Positions 29,772 through 41,888 of a stretch of 64,000 bases of DNA are shown here, piece by piece. Source of the stretch: an uncultured Acidobacteriota bacterium (GTDB taxonomy: Bacteria; Acidobacteriota; UBA6911; RPQK01; JAPXNP01). The stretch covers positions 416,001 to 480,000 of the forward strand of contig CAVZRV010000011.1 in assembly GCA_963777605.1 (NCBI GenBank), read 5' to 3'. How positions within the stretch are numbered: the stretch's first letter is position 1; each line of letters begins with the position of its first letter. A program made the position numbers and the translations under genes. Under the pieces are notes generated by a model. The model made no database searches. It was not told the DNA's origin and saw nothing but the letters and a program-made list of their open reading frames with translations.

Positions 29772-30809
29772 ATGAACGATAAAGAACTCGCCCCTATTCA
29801 ACAGAGAGTGATGGAATTCGTCCGGGAGCGCTTTCAACCGGGCTATAACCACTACAACGTAGCCAAGCTGCTGGGGGACGCGTCTTCCCGCCAGTACTAC
29901 CGATACTTCTCGGACTCGGGTACTTCCTACGTCCTGGCGGCTTACCCCGAACAGTTCGACCCCGGGTCTTTCACCTACAAACAGATTTACGACCTCCTTC
30001 AGGAGATCGAGGTCCCGGTCCCGGAAATCATCGACCTCGATGGCGAACTCGGGATCGTCCTGCAGCAAGACCTGGGCAACGACTCCCTCCAGAAGATCCT
30101 CAGGGCTGCGGCCGACAATCAGAAAACCATCCTGTTGCGCAACGCCATCGATCATGTGGTGAAGATCCAGACCGAAGGTTCACGAGCCTTCCAGCCGGAG
30201 TGTTCGGGGTTCCACCTCGCCTTTGACGAACCCAAGCTGAAGTGGGAGTTCGATTTCTTCCGGAAGCACTACCTCGAAAACTACCGGCGCCTCCCCGCCG
30301 ACGGCTTTCCGGGCCTCGACGAAGAATTCACCATCATCGCCAGAGAACTCGCCGAGTATCCCCGCGTGCTGACCCACCGGGACTTCCACGTTCGGAACAT
30401 GATGCTCAAGAACGGCATTCTCTTTGTAATCGATTTCCAGGACGCGCGATGGGGGCCGCCGAGCTACGACCTGGCATCCCTCTTGAAGGACTCCCTTGAG
30501 CTCGATCCCGGAGCCGTCGCCGAGTCAATCAACTACTACCTGGAAGCGATGCAACGTCGAGGCTGGTCCGACCTCGAGCCGGAGACATTTTCAGAGGACC
30601 GCTTTTTACGGCAGTTCGATCTCATGAGCGTGCAGCGCCTGCTCAAGGCCCTGGGCACTTACGGCTACCAGATCATCGTCCGGGAGAACTTTATTTACGA
30701 GCAATACATGGCCGGTTCCCTTCACCGTGCCCTGATGTCGCTGGAGCAGTTGGACGCATTCCCGATAACCAGAAAGCTCGTGGAAAGCGAACTGTCGAAT
30801 CGGGCCTAG
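29772..30809 (+). CDS. Aminoglycoside-phosphotransferase-fold kinase, AmgK-like (MurNAc/GlcNAc anomeric kinase)
   Basis: GDASSRQYYR, QDLG, HRDFH.RN.M, IDFQDA..GP..YDLASLL.D, QRLLKALG. Confidence 0.85.
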   Translation: MNDKELAPIQQRVMEFVRERFQPGYNHYNVAKLLGDASSRQYYRYFSDSGTSYVLAAYPEQFDPGSFTYKQIYDLLQEIEVPVPEIIDLDGELGIVLQQDLGNDSLQKILRAAADNQKTILLRNAIDHVVKIQTEGSRAFQPECSGFHLAFDEPKLKWEFDFFRKHYLENYRRLPADGFPGLDEEFTIIARELAEYPRVLTHRDFHVRNMMLKNGILFVIDFQDARWGPPSYDLASLLKDSLELDPGAVAESINYYLEAMQRRGWSDLEPETFSEDRFLRQFDLMSVQRLLKALGTYGYQIIVRENFIYEQYMAGSLHRALMSLEQLDAFPITRKLVESELSNRA

Positions 30810-30875
30810 TGAAGGATCTCGATGAACTTCCGGGGCGTTTGTTGTTTGTCCCGGGTCCGTCTAAAATCCCTTGTC

Positions 30876-32165
30876 ATGCACGTCTACGTTGAGGAAGTTC
30901 ACAAACACATTGGCCGGGAAGTGACGATTCGCGGTTGGCTTTACCATCGGACCGACAAGGGAAAGCTCCGTTTTCTGCTCGTCCGGGATGGCACGGGTGT
31001 TATTCAGGCCGTCGTTTTCAAGAAGGCGGTGGCCCCAGAAGTATTTGAAGCGGCCGATTCAATCACCCAGGAGACGTCGGTTCAGGTGACCGGGACGATT
31101 CGCCAGGACGACCGGGCTCCGGGAGGTTTCGAACTGGACGCCTCCGACGTCAGAGTCTTCGGGAGTTCCACCGACTACCCGATCACACCCAAGGAACACG
31201 GCACGGCCTTCCTGATGGAGAATCGCCATCTCTGGCTTCGATCATCCCGCCAGCACGCTATTCTCCGGGTTCGGCACGAGATCATCCGGGCGGTCCGAGA
31301 CTACTTCGACAACCGGGGATTCACCCTGGTCGACACCCCCATTCTGACCCCCGCCGCATGCGAGGGTACGACAACGCTCTTCGAACTCGATTACTTTGGC
31401 GAAAAGGCGTTCCTCAGCCAGAGCGGCCAACTCTACAACGAGGCGGCTTGCGTGTCGGTCGGCAAGACCTACTGCTTCGGCCCGACTTTCAGAGCTGAGA
31501 AGTCGAAAACGAGACGCCACTTGATGGAGTTCTGGATGGTCGAGCCGGAGGTGGCCTGGGCTGAACTCGACGACGTGATGGAACTGGCCGAAGGCCTCGT
31601 CGTGGAGATTGTCGCCCGGGTACTTGACCGGCGCAAGGAAGAACTCAAGATCCTGGAACGCGACACCTCCAAACTGGAGTCCGTCGGGGCTCGCTTCCCC
31701 CGCATCTCCTATCACGAAGCCTTCGACATCCTCGAGAAGAAGGGGACGGAGACTCCACGAGGATCCGATTTTGGAGGCGGCGACGAGACCGTGCTCTCGG
31801 AGGAATTCGACCGCCCGGTAATCGTTCATCGGTATCCATCAGCCGTGAAAGCCTTTTACATGCAGCCTGACCCGGAGAACTCAAACCTGGCCCTGTGCAT
31901 GGACATGCTTGCGCCCGAAGGCTACGGGGAAATCATCGGCGGCAGTCAGAGAATTCACGACTACGACCTGCTCGTCGAGCGGATCCGGGAACACAAACTG
32001 CCGATGGAAGCGTTCCAGTGGTACCTCGACCTGCGACGTTTTGGGACTGTTCCTCATGGTGGTTTCGGGATGGGAATCGAGCGGGTCGTCTCGTGGATCT
32101 GCAAGCTCGACCACGTCAGGGAGACCATTCCTTTCCCTCGAATGCTCTATCGGATGTACCCGTGA
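30876..32165 (+). CDS. asnS: Asparagine--tRNA ligase
   Basis: [61 protein letters not shown]. Confidence 0.95.
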   Translation: MHVYVEEVHKHIGREVTIRGWLYHRTDKGKLRFLLVRDGTGVIQAVVFKKAVAPEVFEAADSITQETSVQVTGTIRQDDRAPGGFELDASDVRVFGSSTDYPITPKEHGTAFLMENRHLWLRSSRQHAILRVRHEIIRAVRDYFDNRGFTLVDTPILTPAACEGTTTLFELDYFGEKAFLSQSGQLYNEAACVSVGKTYCFGPTFRAEKSKTRRHLMEFWMVEPEVAWAELDDVMELAEGLVVEIVARVLDRRKEELKILERDTSKLESVGARFPRISYHEAFDILEKKGTETPRGSDFGGGDETVLSEEFDRPVIVHRYPSAVKAFYMQPDPENSNLALCMDMLAPEGYGEIIGGSQRIHDYDLLVERIREHKLPMEAFQWYLDLRRFGTVPHGGFGMGIERVVSWICKLDHVRETIPFPRMLYRMYP

Positions 32166-32250
32166 GATCGGGGACGGGGGCGGCCGACAGAGGCGGATGC
32201 CCGGCTACCCTGGAAGACACGAATACTCACTTTCAAAACAGGAGTTCTCA

Positions 32251-33168
32251 ATGGAGACAAGAATCCTGAGAGGTAAGAATGTTGCGGAGGCGATAAAGGC
32301 GGAGGTGGCCAGCGCCGCCGATCAACTTCGGGAACGTGGGATCGTGCCCGGCCTGGCCGCGGTTCTCGTCGGCGACGACCCAGCTTCCCAGCTTTATGTC
32401 AGCAACAAGACCCGGACCTGTGAAGAACTCGGCATGCACTCGGAACTGGTCCGACTCCCCTCCGAAACCGGGACCGAAGAATTGCTTCGTGAGGTCGATC
32501 GGCTCAATCGTGACGACGCCATCGACGGAATTCTCGTACAATTGCCCCTGCCCGACCAGATCGACGAAGAGCGCGTGCTGAACGCTGTAGTGCCCGAGAA
32601 GGATGTCGATGGATTTCACCCGGTCAATGTGGGCAGGTTGATGGTTGGCAACTTCACCCTGGCGCCCTGCACTCCCATGGGAATCATGGAGATGCTGCGC
32701 CAGGAGAACATACCTGTCAAGGGCGCGGAAGCCGTCGTCGTGGGACGAAGCAACATCGTGGGCAAGCCGATGGCCATGCTGCTTCTCCACCAACATGCCA
32801 CGGTTACCCTCTGTCACTCAAGGACCCGCAACCTCCCCGAAGTCTGCCGACGAGCCGACATCCTGATTGTGGCGATTGGGCGCCCTGCCATGGTCACCCG
32901 GGAGTTCATTCGCGAAGGCGCGGTGATCATCGATGTCGGGACTAACCGGGTCGAGTCGGAAGCCGAAGTTCGCAGGCTGTTTGGTGACGACTCTCCCCGC
33001 ATCGAATCGTTCGGGAAGCGGGGTTCGACCCTTGTCGGCGACGTGCACCCACGGGATCCCTACGGGATCGCGGCCGCCGTCACTCCGGTTCCGGGAGGAG
33101 TGGGCCCGCTGACGATTGCGCACCTTATGAAGAACACGCTGCTGGCCTGTCAGGCACGCCGGGGCTAG
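32251..33168 (+). CDS. folD: Methylenetetrahydrofolate dehydrogenase/cyclohydrolase
   Basis: PGLAAVLVGDDPAS..YV..K, GILVQLPLP, KDVDGFHP, PCTP.G, GRSNIVGKP, TPVPGGVGP.T. Confidence 0.96.
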   Translation: METRILRGKNVAEAIKAEVASAADQLRERGIVPGLAAVLVGDDPASQLYVSNKTRTCEELGMHSELVRLPSETGTEELLREVDRLNRDDAIDGILVQLPLPDQIDEERVLNAVVPEKDVDGFHPVNVGRLMVGNFTLAPCTPMGIMEMLRQENIPVKGAEAVVVGRSNIVGKPMAMLLLHQHATVTLCHSRTRNLPEVCRRADILIVAIGRPAMVTREFIREGAVIIDVGTNRVESEAEVRRLFGDDSPRIESFGKRGSTLVGDVHPRDPYGIAAAVTPVPGGVGPLTIAHLMKNTLLACQARRG

Positions 33169-33346
33169 TGTCCGGTCACGTCGGCATGGCACTTTCAGCA
33201 ACGCGAGAAGCGGCTCAGAGCCTAAGCAGCCGTCGCTTTATGCTATGTTAAGGGCTCTGATTGGAATCAGGAATTCAGGGTTCGGCGCTCCGGTCCGGGT
33301 GCCGAATCGTAAACCGTCAATCAACAGTTCGCTAGTTCAGAGAACC

Positions 33347-34288
33347 ATGAAGAAGGCGCTAATCTTCCTCCTTTTTTTCGGGACCATTCCGGGGTTCGCA
33401 CAGGTCAATCCTGTTGAGAAAATCAAAGTTTCGAAGGGGCCCTACTTCGCCACGTTGAGTTCGGATGGTTCACTGCTCTACGTCACGAGTTTCGCTGACA
33501 GCGAAGTCGAGGCGATCGACACGAACACGCTGGAAATCCGGAAATCGTTCTACGGCGGTTACGAACCGGTGGGCATCGCAGTAACCCCGGCGGGAGACAA
33601 GTTGTTTATCACCAACCTCTCCCCCGGGCTGGTCAAGGTCGTCGATCCTACCAACTATGAGATTCTAGACGACGTCAAAGTCGGTGGGCGACCGGCGAAT
33701 GTTGTCATGTCCGGCAACGGGCTTCAGGCCTTCATCCTGAACTTCGGACGGGGCAAGATCGGCCGGGTCGATTTCGTCGACACCAGTACACACCGCGTAA
33801 TCGGGGGGGTCGATATCGGAGTGCGCCCGGTAGCGGGAGTTGCTTCACCTTTGGGAGACCAGCTCTTCGTCGCCTGCTCCGGCTCCAACGACCTCTACGT
33901 GATCGACGTGATCCGGCGTGAAATCGTCAAGCAGATCCCGGTTGGACTGGCTCCCGACGGCATAGCGATTTCACCCGACGGGTTGACACTTTACGTCGCC
34001 AACAGCAACACCAACGACATTTCAGTCGTGGACCTTCTCGACCTCAGGGAGGTTCGCCGGGCACCGGTTGGAGCCAAACCGTTCTCCATGGCAGTAGCAC
34101 CCGACGGCCGCATTCTCATCGTGGAAACCGGAGACAAAGTGGTTTCCCTCTATACGCCCGATTTCAAGAAGATCCGGTCGTTCAAGGCAGAGAACAAGCC
34201 GGTGGACGTCGTCCTGTCCCGCGACGGCAAACGGATCTTCGTCACCGACGAGAAAGACAACCGGGTCCTCGTTTATTCGATGCCGTAA
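33347..34288 (+). CDS. Exported YVTN/YncE-type beta-propeller protein
   Basis: Signal peptide; repeated VG..P.GIA.SPDG..LYV.N..SN.ISV.D blades. Confidence 0.85.
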   Translation: MKKALIFLLFFGTIPGFAQVNPVEKIKVSKGPYFATLSSDGSLLYVTSFADSEVEAIDTNTLEIRKSFYGGYEPVGIAVTPAGDKLFITNLSPGLVKVVDPTNYEILDDVKVGGRPANVVMSGNGLQAFILNFGRGKIGRVDFVDTSTHRVIGGVDIGVRPVAGVASPLGDQLFVACSGSNDLYVIDVIRREIVKQIPVGLAPDGIAISPDGLTLYVANSNTNDISVVDLLDLREVRRAPVGAKPFSMAVAPDGRILIVETGDKVVSLYTPDFKKIRSFKAENKPVDVVLSRDGKRIFVTDEKDNRVLVYSMP

Positions 34289-34332
34289 GAGACATGGTCG
34301 TCACTTCACGTCCAAGAGCTGAAGCTCTTCCT

Positions 34333-35289
34333 TCAGCTCTCCAGATGGGACCGGCGGTACCAATCCACGAAGTGTGCGATTCCTTCCTTGATCCCTGTGG
34401 AAGGTTCAAAACCGAGAAGTTCCCGGGCCTTGGAGATGTCGGCGCTGGTAATGGGGACATCTCCCGCCTGGGCCGACTTCAATTCGATCGTGGCCTGAAG
34501 GCCAGTGGCGTCTTCGAGACAGCGGATCAGTTCCAGGAGCCGAACCGTTCGAGAATTTCCCAGGTTGAAGATCTCGAACTCAAATGGGTGACCGAGTGCG
34601 GCCAGGATTCCCTGAACGATATCCATCACATAGGTGTAATCCCGCTCTGACTGCCCCTGGTGAAAAACCGGGATCGTCTCACCCTGGTAGAGCATCCGGG
34701 TGAACTTGTGGATGGCCATTTCCGGACGCTGGCGGGGGCCGTACACCGTGAAGAACCGCAGGCAGGTGACCGGGAGGCCATAGTTGTGGTGATAGCTGTA
34801 GCAGAGCAGTTCCCCGGCCCGCTTGGTAACGGCGTAGGGAGAAATCAGCCGCTCCAGCGGGTCGGTCTCGCTGAACGGAACCTTGCTGTTGACGCCGTAG
34901 ACCGAGGAACTGCTTCCAAAAATGAAGTTCGCGGCTCGATGCTTCCGGGCCCTTTCCAGTAAATTGATCGTGCCGGTAACATTGACCCGGTCGTAAAGCG
35001 AGGGGTTTTCCAGTGAGGGGCGGACCCCCGCATAGGCCGCAAGGTGGATGATGGTCTCCGGGGCTCTCTCCCGAAAAAGCTGGTCCAGCGCCGGTTCATC
35101 GAGCAGATCGGCACGGCGCAGGTCGAATTCGCCGGCAGCGGCGACCTGACGGACGTTCCGTTCCTTGATCGGCGGATCGTAGAAATCGTTGAAGTTGTCG
35201 AGGACGGTCAACTCGTGCCCTTGGCGCAGCAGCGCCTCGCAGAGATGAGACCCAATGAATCCGGCTCCTCCGGTGACCAAAACACGCAT
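34333..35289 (-). CDS. NAD-dependent nucleotide-sugar epimerase (UDP-glucuronate 4-epimerase-like)
   Basis: VTGGAGFIGSH, HLAA.AGVR.S, SSSSVYG, SPYA.TK, LRFFTVYGP.QRP.MA. Confidence 0.9.
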   Translation of the reverse strand: MRVLVTGGAGFIGSHLCEALLRQGHELTVLDNFNDFYDPPIKERNVRQVAAAGEFDLRRADLLDEPALDQLFRERAPETIIHLAAYAGVRPSLENPSLYDRVNVTGTINLLERARKHRAANFIFGSSSSVYGVNSKVPFSETDPLERLISPYAVTKRAGELLCYSYHHNYGLPVTCLRFFTVYGPRQRPEMAIHKFTRMLYQGETIPVFHQGQSERDYTYVMDIVQGILAALGHPFEFEIFNLGNSRTVRLLELIRCLEDATGLQATIELKSAQAGDVPITSADISKARELLGFEPSTGIKEGIAHFVDWYRRSHLES

Positions 35290-35405
35290 CGTGGGTAGGA
35301 TTGTAACGCAGCCACCGGAACCTCAGGTACCTGGTTTCGGGTTTCGGGCTCGGGCATCAGGTCAAAGAGTAGACCTCACATCCTCCTGCCTTTTGTCTTC
35401 GCCCC

Positions 35406-36395
35406 TCACCTTCCCTCGAGTTGTTCCGTTCCGAAGTCGGGCACCGGAAAGGCTTCGTCTTTCTTGTACAGCGAATAGACGATTCCCCCGGGGACGGCGG
35501 TCATCGCCACCACCACCAGATTGAGGAGCGAAAGCGTCACGGCCGCCTCGACCGGGACGCCGACCTCCGAGAAAAGAAGGTAGTAGACGGCCTCACGCAA
35601 ACCCATGCCGTTGATGGTAAGGGGCACCGCCACCGAGAGGTTGACCAGAGGGATAAAAACCAGAAAGAGTGAAAACGGAGCCTTGATGCCGATTGACAGA
35701 GCGGCGAACCACATCGCCACAATTACCGTGATCTGAATTACCAGGGAAGACAACGTCATAATGAGAATCGTCCGGGAGTTGCCCCTGAGTTGGTTCAGAC
35801 CCTGGTATACGAGTTCGAAACGCTCGATCAGTCGAACCAGTCCGAATCGCTGAAGGAGGCGATGCATCTGGGCGTGAGACCAGGGGTGAAAGAGCAACAC
35901 GATTCCGATCGAGAAGCCCAGAGCCAACAGGCCCATCAGGGGCAGCAGCGATCGCCCGTGGACACGGACCGGGTAAATGAGAATCGACACCAGTCCAATC
36001 AGCAACATGGCGAAGAGACCCGCTACCCGGTCAACGAATGTCGTCGTCAAGGTCGTGGACATCCCTCGCGACTCTCGCCTCGCCAGGTAGAAAGCCCGGA
36101 AGAAGTCTCCTCCTACCGCCGAAGGAAGCAGCATGTTGAAGAAGTAGCCGATCATGCAAATCTGGGTGAGCTTCCAGAACGGGGTTCTAATGGAGAAATC
36201 CGCCAGGATCGATTTCCATCGAACAACCGAAGGCAGGACCGTCGCCAGGTGAAGAAACCCAGCCACCAGTACCAGCCGCCAGTCGGCGGACGAAAGGACC
36301 TCCCAGAATTCTCTCAGGTCCATTCTGGATACCAGGAAACCCAGAAGCCCCAGCGTGATTGCCGCTTTAATCAGTACCCGCAACCGGTTCGACAT
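35406..36395 (-). CDS. Lysylphosphatidylglycerol-synthase TM domain / flippase-like membrane protein
   Basis: RW..L, GYFFN.LLPS.VGGD..R, DRV.GL, P.TING.G.RE. Confidence 0.85.
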   Translation of the reverse strand: MSNRLRVLIKAAITLGLLGFLVSRMDLREFWEVLSSADWRLVLVAGFLHLATVLPSVVRWKSILADFSIRTPFWKLTQICMIGYFFNMLLPSAVGGDFFRAFYLARRESRGMSTTLTTTFVDRVAGLFAMLLIGLVSILIYPVRVHGRSLLPLMGLLALGFSIGIVLLFHPWSHAQMHRLLQRFGLVRLIERFELVYQGLNQLRGNSRTILIMTLSSLVIQITVIVAMWFAALSIGIKAPFSLFLVFIPLVNLSVAVPLTINGMGLREAVYYLLFSEVGVPVEAAVTLSLLNLVVVAMTAVPGGIVYSLYKKDEAFPVPDFGTEQLEGR

Positions 36396-36550
36396 CGATA
36401 CCTGATTCTCCTCAACTGAACCACGTCGGTCACCGCAGCCAATCTTTCCCATGCCGGGCCAACTGGCAAATCAGAGCGGCCACCACGCTCCGATTGAGGC
36501 AGCCATTCTCCGGCGGTGATTCGACACGGCGTTCCACTATAATAAGGCTC

Positions 36551-36970
36551 ATGCCAGTTTACGAGTATCTGTGCCACGATTGTAACCGTCAATTCTCCCG
36601 GTTCTTCCAGCGCATCTCCGAGGCGGACGGAACCCGCTGCAGGTGTGGGAGCACGAATCTCGAGCAACTGGTTTCCCGGGTCGCGATGCATCGATCCGAG
36701 GAAAGCCGCATCGAAAATCTCGCCGACCCGGCCAAGTGGGGTGACGTGGACGAGAACGATCCCAAGGCAATGGCCCGCATGATGCGCAAGCTCGGTGGCG
36801 AAATGGGTGAAGACCTGGGGCCCGAATTCGACGAGATGGTCGATCGACTCGAGGCGGGTGAAGATCCCGAAGAGATTGAAAGGTCGATGGGCGATTCCCT
36901 CGGGGGGATGGACGATGCCGGCGGCCCGGATCTTTCTGGCGGGGCTGCCGATTACGACAACCTCTTCTAG
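36551..36970 (+). CDS. FmdB-family zinc-ribbon protein
   Basis: MPVYEY.C..C...F; C.CGS..L..LVS; acidic tail DENDP..MAR.MRK.G.EMGEDLG. Confidence 0.85.
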   Translation: MPVYEYLCHDCNRQFSRFFQRISEADGTRCRCGSTNLEQLVSRVAMHRSEESRIENLADPAKWGDVDENDPKAMARMMRKLGGEMGEDLGPEFDEMVDRLEAGEDPEEIERSMGDSLGGMDDAGGPDLSGGAADYDNLF

Positions 36971-36972
36971 TG

Positions 36973-39342
36973 TCACTCGGCTCCCGATGACCGGCCGATG
37001 GAGATCGCCTCCTCGAAGCGTTCGATGACAGCGTCCCAGCTAAATCTTCTTCGCACAAACTCCCGGCCCAGGAGTCCACGGGCCGGGTCGAGAGTTGCCA
37101 GGATGCGGCGAAAATCCTCCAGGTCCCGGTAGCAGTAACCGCCTCCCGATTCCTCGACCAGGCCGGCTACTACTCCTCCCTGGCGGGCGATCACCGGTTT
37201 CCCGTGCGCCCAGGCCTCCAACGCCAGAATCGACAGGCTCTCCAGTTGCGACGGGATGGCGACGGCGAGACAACCGTCCAGGAGTGCTCGCTTGGCGTCT
37301 TCATCGACGACGCCTTCATACTCGGCCGGGACTGGAACCGAAATCTGCGCCGGACCAGCGACTTTCAATCGTTCCCCGAGCAGGCGACAATACTCAAAGA
37401 GCTCAGAAACGTTCTTGCCGACCTCGATGCGCCCGATGTAAAGCAGGTAATCGCCGCGCCGAGGAGTGCTCTCTACGGGAACTACTCCGAAGCCGGCCAC
37501 GACGCTCGGCACCGCCTGGTTCCCATATTCCTCGTGGACAAACTCCCGCTCTTGTTCCGTCATGAAAACAATGCATCGCGGCTGGGCAAACATCCTCCTG
37601 AAAACCGAGAACTTTGCCGCCGGCTCGTCGTGAGCCGTTGGGACAAGGATGGCCCGGTCGAGCATCCGGGGCATGCCGAAGACCGTTGGGTAGTAGAGGT
37701 ATGTGAAGAACAGCACAGCGTCGTAGGTCCCTCCGGCTCGGGAAAGATAGGTCACCAGGTCAGGCACATTGGGCCCCTGGAAATAGACCCAAAGCCGCTC
37801 CATCCACGCAGGCAAGAAGAGGTTCCGCTTGAGGGCAAACAGAAAGCCCGAGATCCACCCGAACAACCGCCAATGCCGGTGCCAGGCAACCGGAAATCGA
37901 CGGACCAGCACGGGCCCATCCCAGGATCCACCTTCGGGATAGAAATTGTCCCAATTCCGGTAGTCATGGGCGCAAGTAGTCAGCACTTCAACAGCAAATC
38001 GGCCGGATAGCCGAAGTGAAACTTGACGGGCGAGACTTTCGGCGCCGCCAATCACATCTTCTCCATAGCGCTGAACAACTACCCCGATTCGGGACCTCCC
38101 GCCGGCTTCGATCGGGGGATCGTCCGCGATTGGAGTCGTCAGGAATCGGCGGGCGGCGACGGCATAGGCGATCGCCAGGGTGGTTTCCGCTCCAAGGAGG
38201 GCCCATGCGGCCCCCACACTGCTCAACCTCGGGATAAGGATCAGGCTCAGGATGGCGTTGACCACGAGCGCGCTGCCGGTCGCCCAGGCCAGCCGTCCCA
38301 CCAGTTCTCTCCGACTCAGCAGAACGTGGCTGAAGGCCATGCCGACGAAAACGGGAATCACCGCCCATCCGAGAACCTTGAGGACAGGTATTGAGGTCGC
38401 GTAGTTGGGACCGAACACCAAGAGCAGCAATGGTTTTCCGAACAGGTAAAGCGCCCCGGCAGCCGGCAGGGAGAGAAGCACCATGAGTCCGAGTGAACGT
38501 CGAAACAGCCTCTTAAATCCCCGGCTGGCCCCTTGGAAAGCGGCAAAGGAGGGGAGCAGCGCGCTGAAGATCCCCACCGGTATATTGTTCAAGGCCAGCG
38601 GTATCCGGGCGGCGGCGGCGTAGATCCCGGCGTCGAAGGGAGCTGCCATGAAGGTCAGGAGGGTCACCGCCAGGCGGCCTGAGGCACTCTGAAACAGCGT
38701 CGCCAACCCTACCGGTATCGACTGAACGGCCAGGGAACGGGCTCCCGCGAATTTCACAGTGAAGGGGTGAAGCCTTCGGTGGAAGACCGCAAAGTTGGTA
38801 ACCGTCGCGACCAGTGCAGCGACGGTGTAGGCCGAGCCGAGCGCTATGAGTCGGCCTCCCTGGGACAGCAGGACCAGTCCGACGGTCACTTGGGTTCCAA
38901 AGAGCAGGATAATGTTGAGGCTGCCGAGGTAGAGTCGTCCATGGGACTGAAAAATGACATTCAGGCCCATGGAGAGGCTCTGGAAGACCATTCCGAACCC
39001 CATGATGACGAGCATCCAGCGGGTCGCCTCCCCCAGTTCGACGACCCACGAGACCACCAGCACGATGGCGAAAAGCAAGCCCGCGACCACGAGCTTCAGC
39101 CCCAGGAAGACCGGGAGCACTTCCCGCGACCGCTCCCGGTCGGCTGAGATCGTTCGAAGAGCGGTATTGTGAATCCCCAGGTCACCACCGACCAGAAGGA
39201 TCTGGACAATGCTCCAACCAAACGAGTAGAGCCCGAAATCATGGGGACCCAGTATCCGGGCGGCCACAATCGTGTAGAGGGTCTGAATCAGGAGTACGAC
39301 CCCGAAGGCGCCGAGCTGCGAAACTGCGTTGACCGCGATCAA
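36973..39342 (-). CDS. Fusion of Wzx-like polysaccharide flippase and GT4 glycosyltransferase
   Basis: N-terminal ~12 TM (ARILGP.DFG.Y..., GAAWA..); C-terminal VVQRYG..GGAE, PTAHDEP, YIGRIE.GKN, PS..ESLSI.ALEAWA.GKPV in one 789-aa frame. Confidence 0.8.
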   Translation of the reverse strand: MIAVNAVSQLGAFGVVLLIQTLYTIVAARILGPHDFGLYSFGWSIVQILLVGGDLGIHNTALRTISADRERSREVLPVFLGLKLVVAGLLFAIVLVVSWVVELGEATRWMLVIMGFGMVFQSLSMGLNVIFQSHGRLYLGSLNIILLFGTQVTVGLVLLSQGGRLIALGSAYTVAALVATVTNFAVFHRRLHPFTVKFAGARSLAVQSIPVGLATLFQSASGRLAVTLLTFMAAPFDAGIYAAAARIPLALNNIPVGIFSALLPSFAAFQGASRGFKRLFRRSLGLMVLLSLPAAGALYLFGKPLLLLVFGPNYATSIPVLKVLGWAVIPVFVGMAFSHVLLSRRELVGRLAWATGSALVVNAILSLILIPRLSSVGAAWALLGAETTLAIAYAVAARRFLTTPIADDPPIEAGGRSRIGVVVQRYGEDVIGGAESLARQVSLRLSGRFAVEVLTTCAHDYRNWDNFYPEGGSWDGPVLVRRFPVAWHRHWRLFGWISGFLFALKRNLFLPAWMERLWVYFQGPNVPDLVTYLSRAGGTYDAVLFFTYLYYPTVFGMPRMLDRAILVPTAHDEPAAKFSVFRRMFAQPRCIVFMTEQEREFVHEEYGNQAVPSVVAGFGVVPVESTPRRGDYLLYIGRIEVGKNVSELFEYCRLLGERLKVAGPAQISVPVPAEYEGVVDEDAKRALLDGCLAVAIPSQLESLSILALEAWAHGKPVIARQGGVVAGLVEESGGGYCYRDLEDFRRILATLDPARGLLGREFVRRRFSWDAVIERFEEAISIGRSSGAE

Positions 39343-39697
39343 TCGCCCTCCAGCTCCGCTGTGACCGGAGAGACCGAAGCACGCGCCTGCAGGTCACAGT
39401 TGCCGGCAAACTCGTAGGCCCCCGGGAGCACCTCAACTGCCGGACTGTCCAGATCGCTTTGTCGGGCCACGCGCACCTACCTATTCGACATGCCACCTCG
39501 AACCTGGAAAAGAACTCCTGGGTGCTGGACTCTATCACGGGAGGCTGAGTGCGAGTAGCCTATTCCACCCGTCGTTGCCCGATCGTTACCGGTTCATCCT
39601 CGAGGAGACTTCATGCGAAGGGCAGCAGGTTCTCGGCCACTCCGGTCGCAAAGCTCGAATCTGAAATCAGAAATCGTAGATCCTGGCTGCCTCTGTC

Positions 39698-40829
39698 CTA
39701 CAGAGAAACCCACGAGCCCGTTCTTGCTGACTCCAGGACCGCGTCACAGACCTGCTGAGTTTCGAGGGCGTCGGCAAAGGTCGGCCCGACTGCATTCCCC
39801 TCTTGCAGACCACGCAGGAAATCGGCCGCCTGGTGAACGAAGCTGTGCTCGTAACCGATCTGAAGGCCGGGAACCCACCAACGGTCCATGTAGGGCATTT
39901 CCCGGTCGGTTACGTGAATCGAATGCCAGCCCCGAACCTCGATATCATCCCGGTGGTCGAAGTACTCGAGCCGGTGCAGGTCGTGGAGGTCCCACTTGAT
40001 CGAGGCATGCTCGCCGTTGATCTCAAAAGTATAGAGTGCCTTGTGGCCGCGCGCGTAACGGGTCGATTCGAACGTGGCGAGCGACCCGTTCCTGAACCGG
40101 GCCAGGAACGCGCAGGCATCGTCGATTTCCACCTTCTCCACAGCCCCGGTCAGGTTGTGCTTGCGCTCCTTGATGAACGTCTCGGTCATCGCCGTCACCG
40201 AGTCGAATCCGCCGTTGAGCCAGATGGCGGTATCGATGCAGTGGGCCAGCAGGTCCCCGGTCACCCCGCTTCCGGCCGATTCGGCATCCAGACGCCACAA
40301 TCCCTCTCCTCCCTGAGGGACTTCGGGAGAGATGGTCCAGTCCTGGAGAAACACCGCCCGGTAGTGGAAGATGCGGCCGAGCCGCCCCTCGTCGATCAAC
40401 TGCTTGGCCAGCGTCACCGCAGGGATTCGCCGGTAGTTGTACCAGACCGTGTTGGCGACCCCCGCCTTCTCGACCGCTTCGACCATTTCCCTGCCTTCGG
40501 CGACGTTGCGGGCCAGAGGTTTCTCGCACAGGATGATCTTTCCTTTCGCCGCCGCCTCCAAGGCGATATCCCGGTGGGTGTCGTTGGGACTGCAGATGTC
40601 CACAGCGTCGATGTCGGGCCGCTCCAGGAGTCGGCGCCAGTCAGTTTCAACCGAAGGGTAGTCCCAGGTTTCTGCAAACTTCCGCGCCCGCTCCTCGTTA
40701 CGGGCGCAGACCGCTTTGAGAACCGGCCTGAATTCGAGTTCAGGAAAGAAATGGGGCACCTTGAGGTAGGCGTTGGAGTGGGCGCGGGCCATGAATCCGT
40801 ACCCGATCATGCCGATGTTCAGTGCCTTC

Positions 40830-40837
<8 letters not shown>
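39698..40837 (-). CDS. Gfo/Idh/MocA-family oxidoreductase
   Basis: [38 protein letters not shown]. Confidence 0.9.
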
Positions 40838-41888
<1,051 letters not shown>

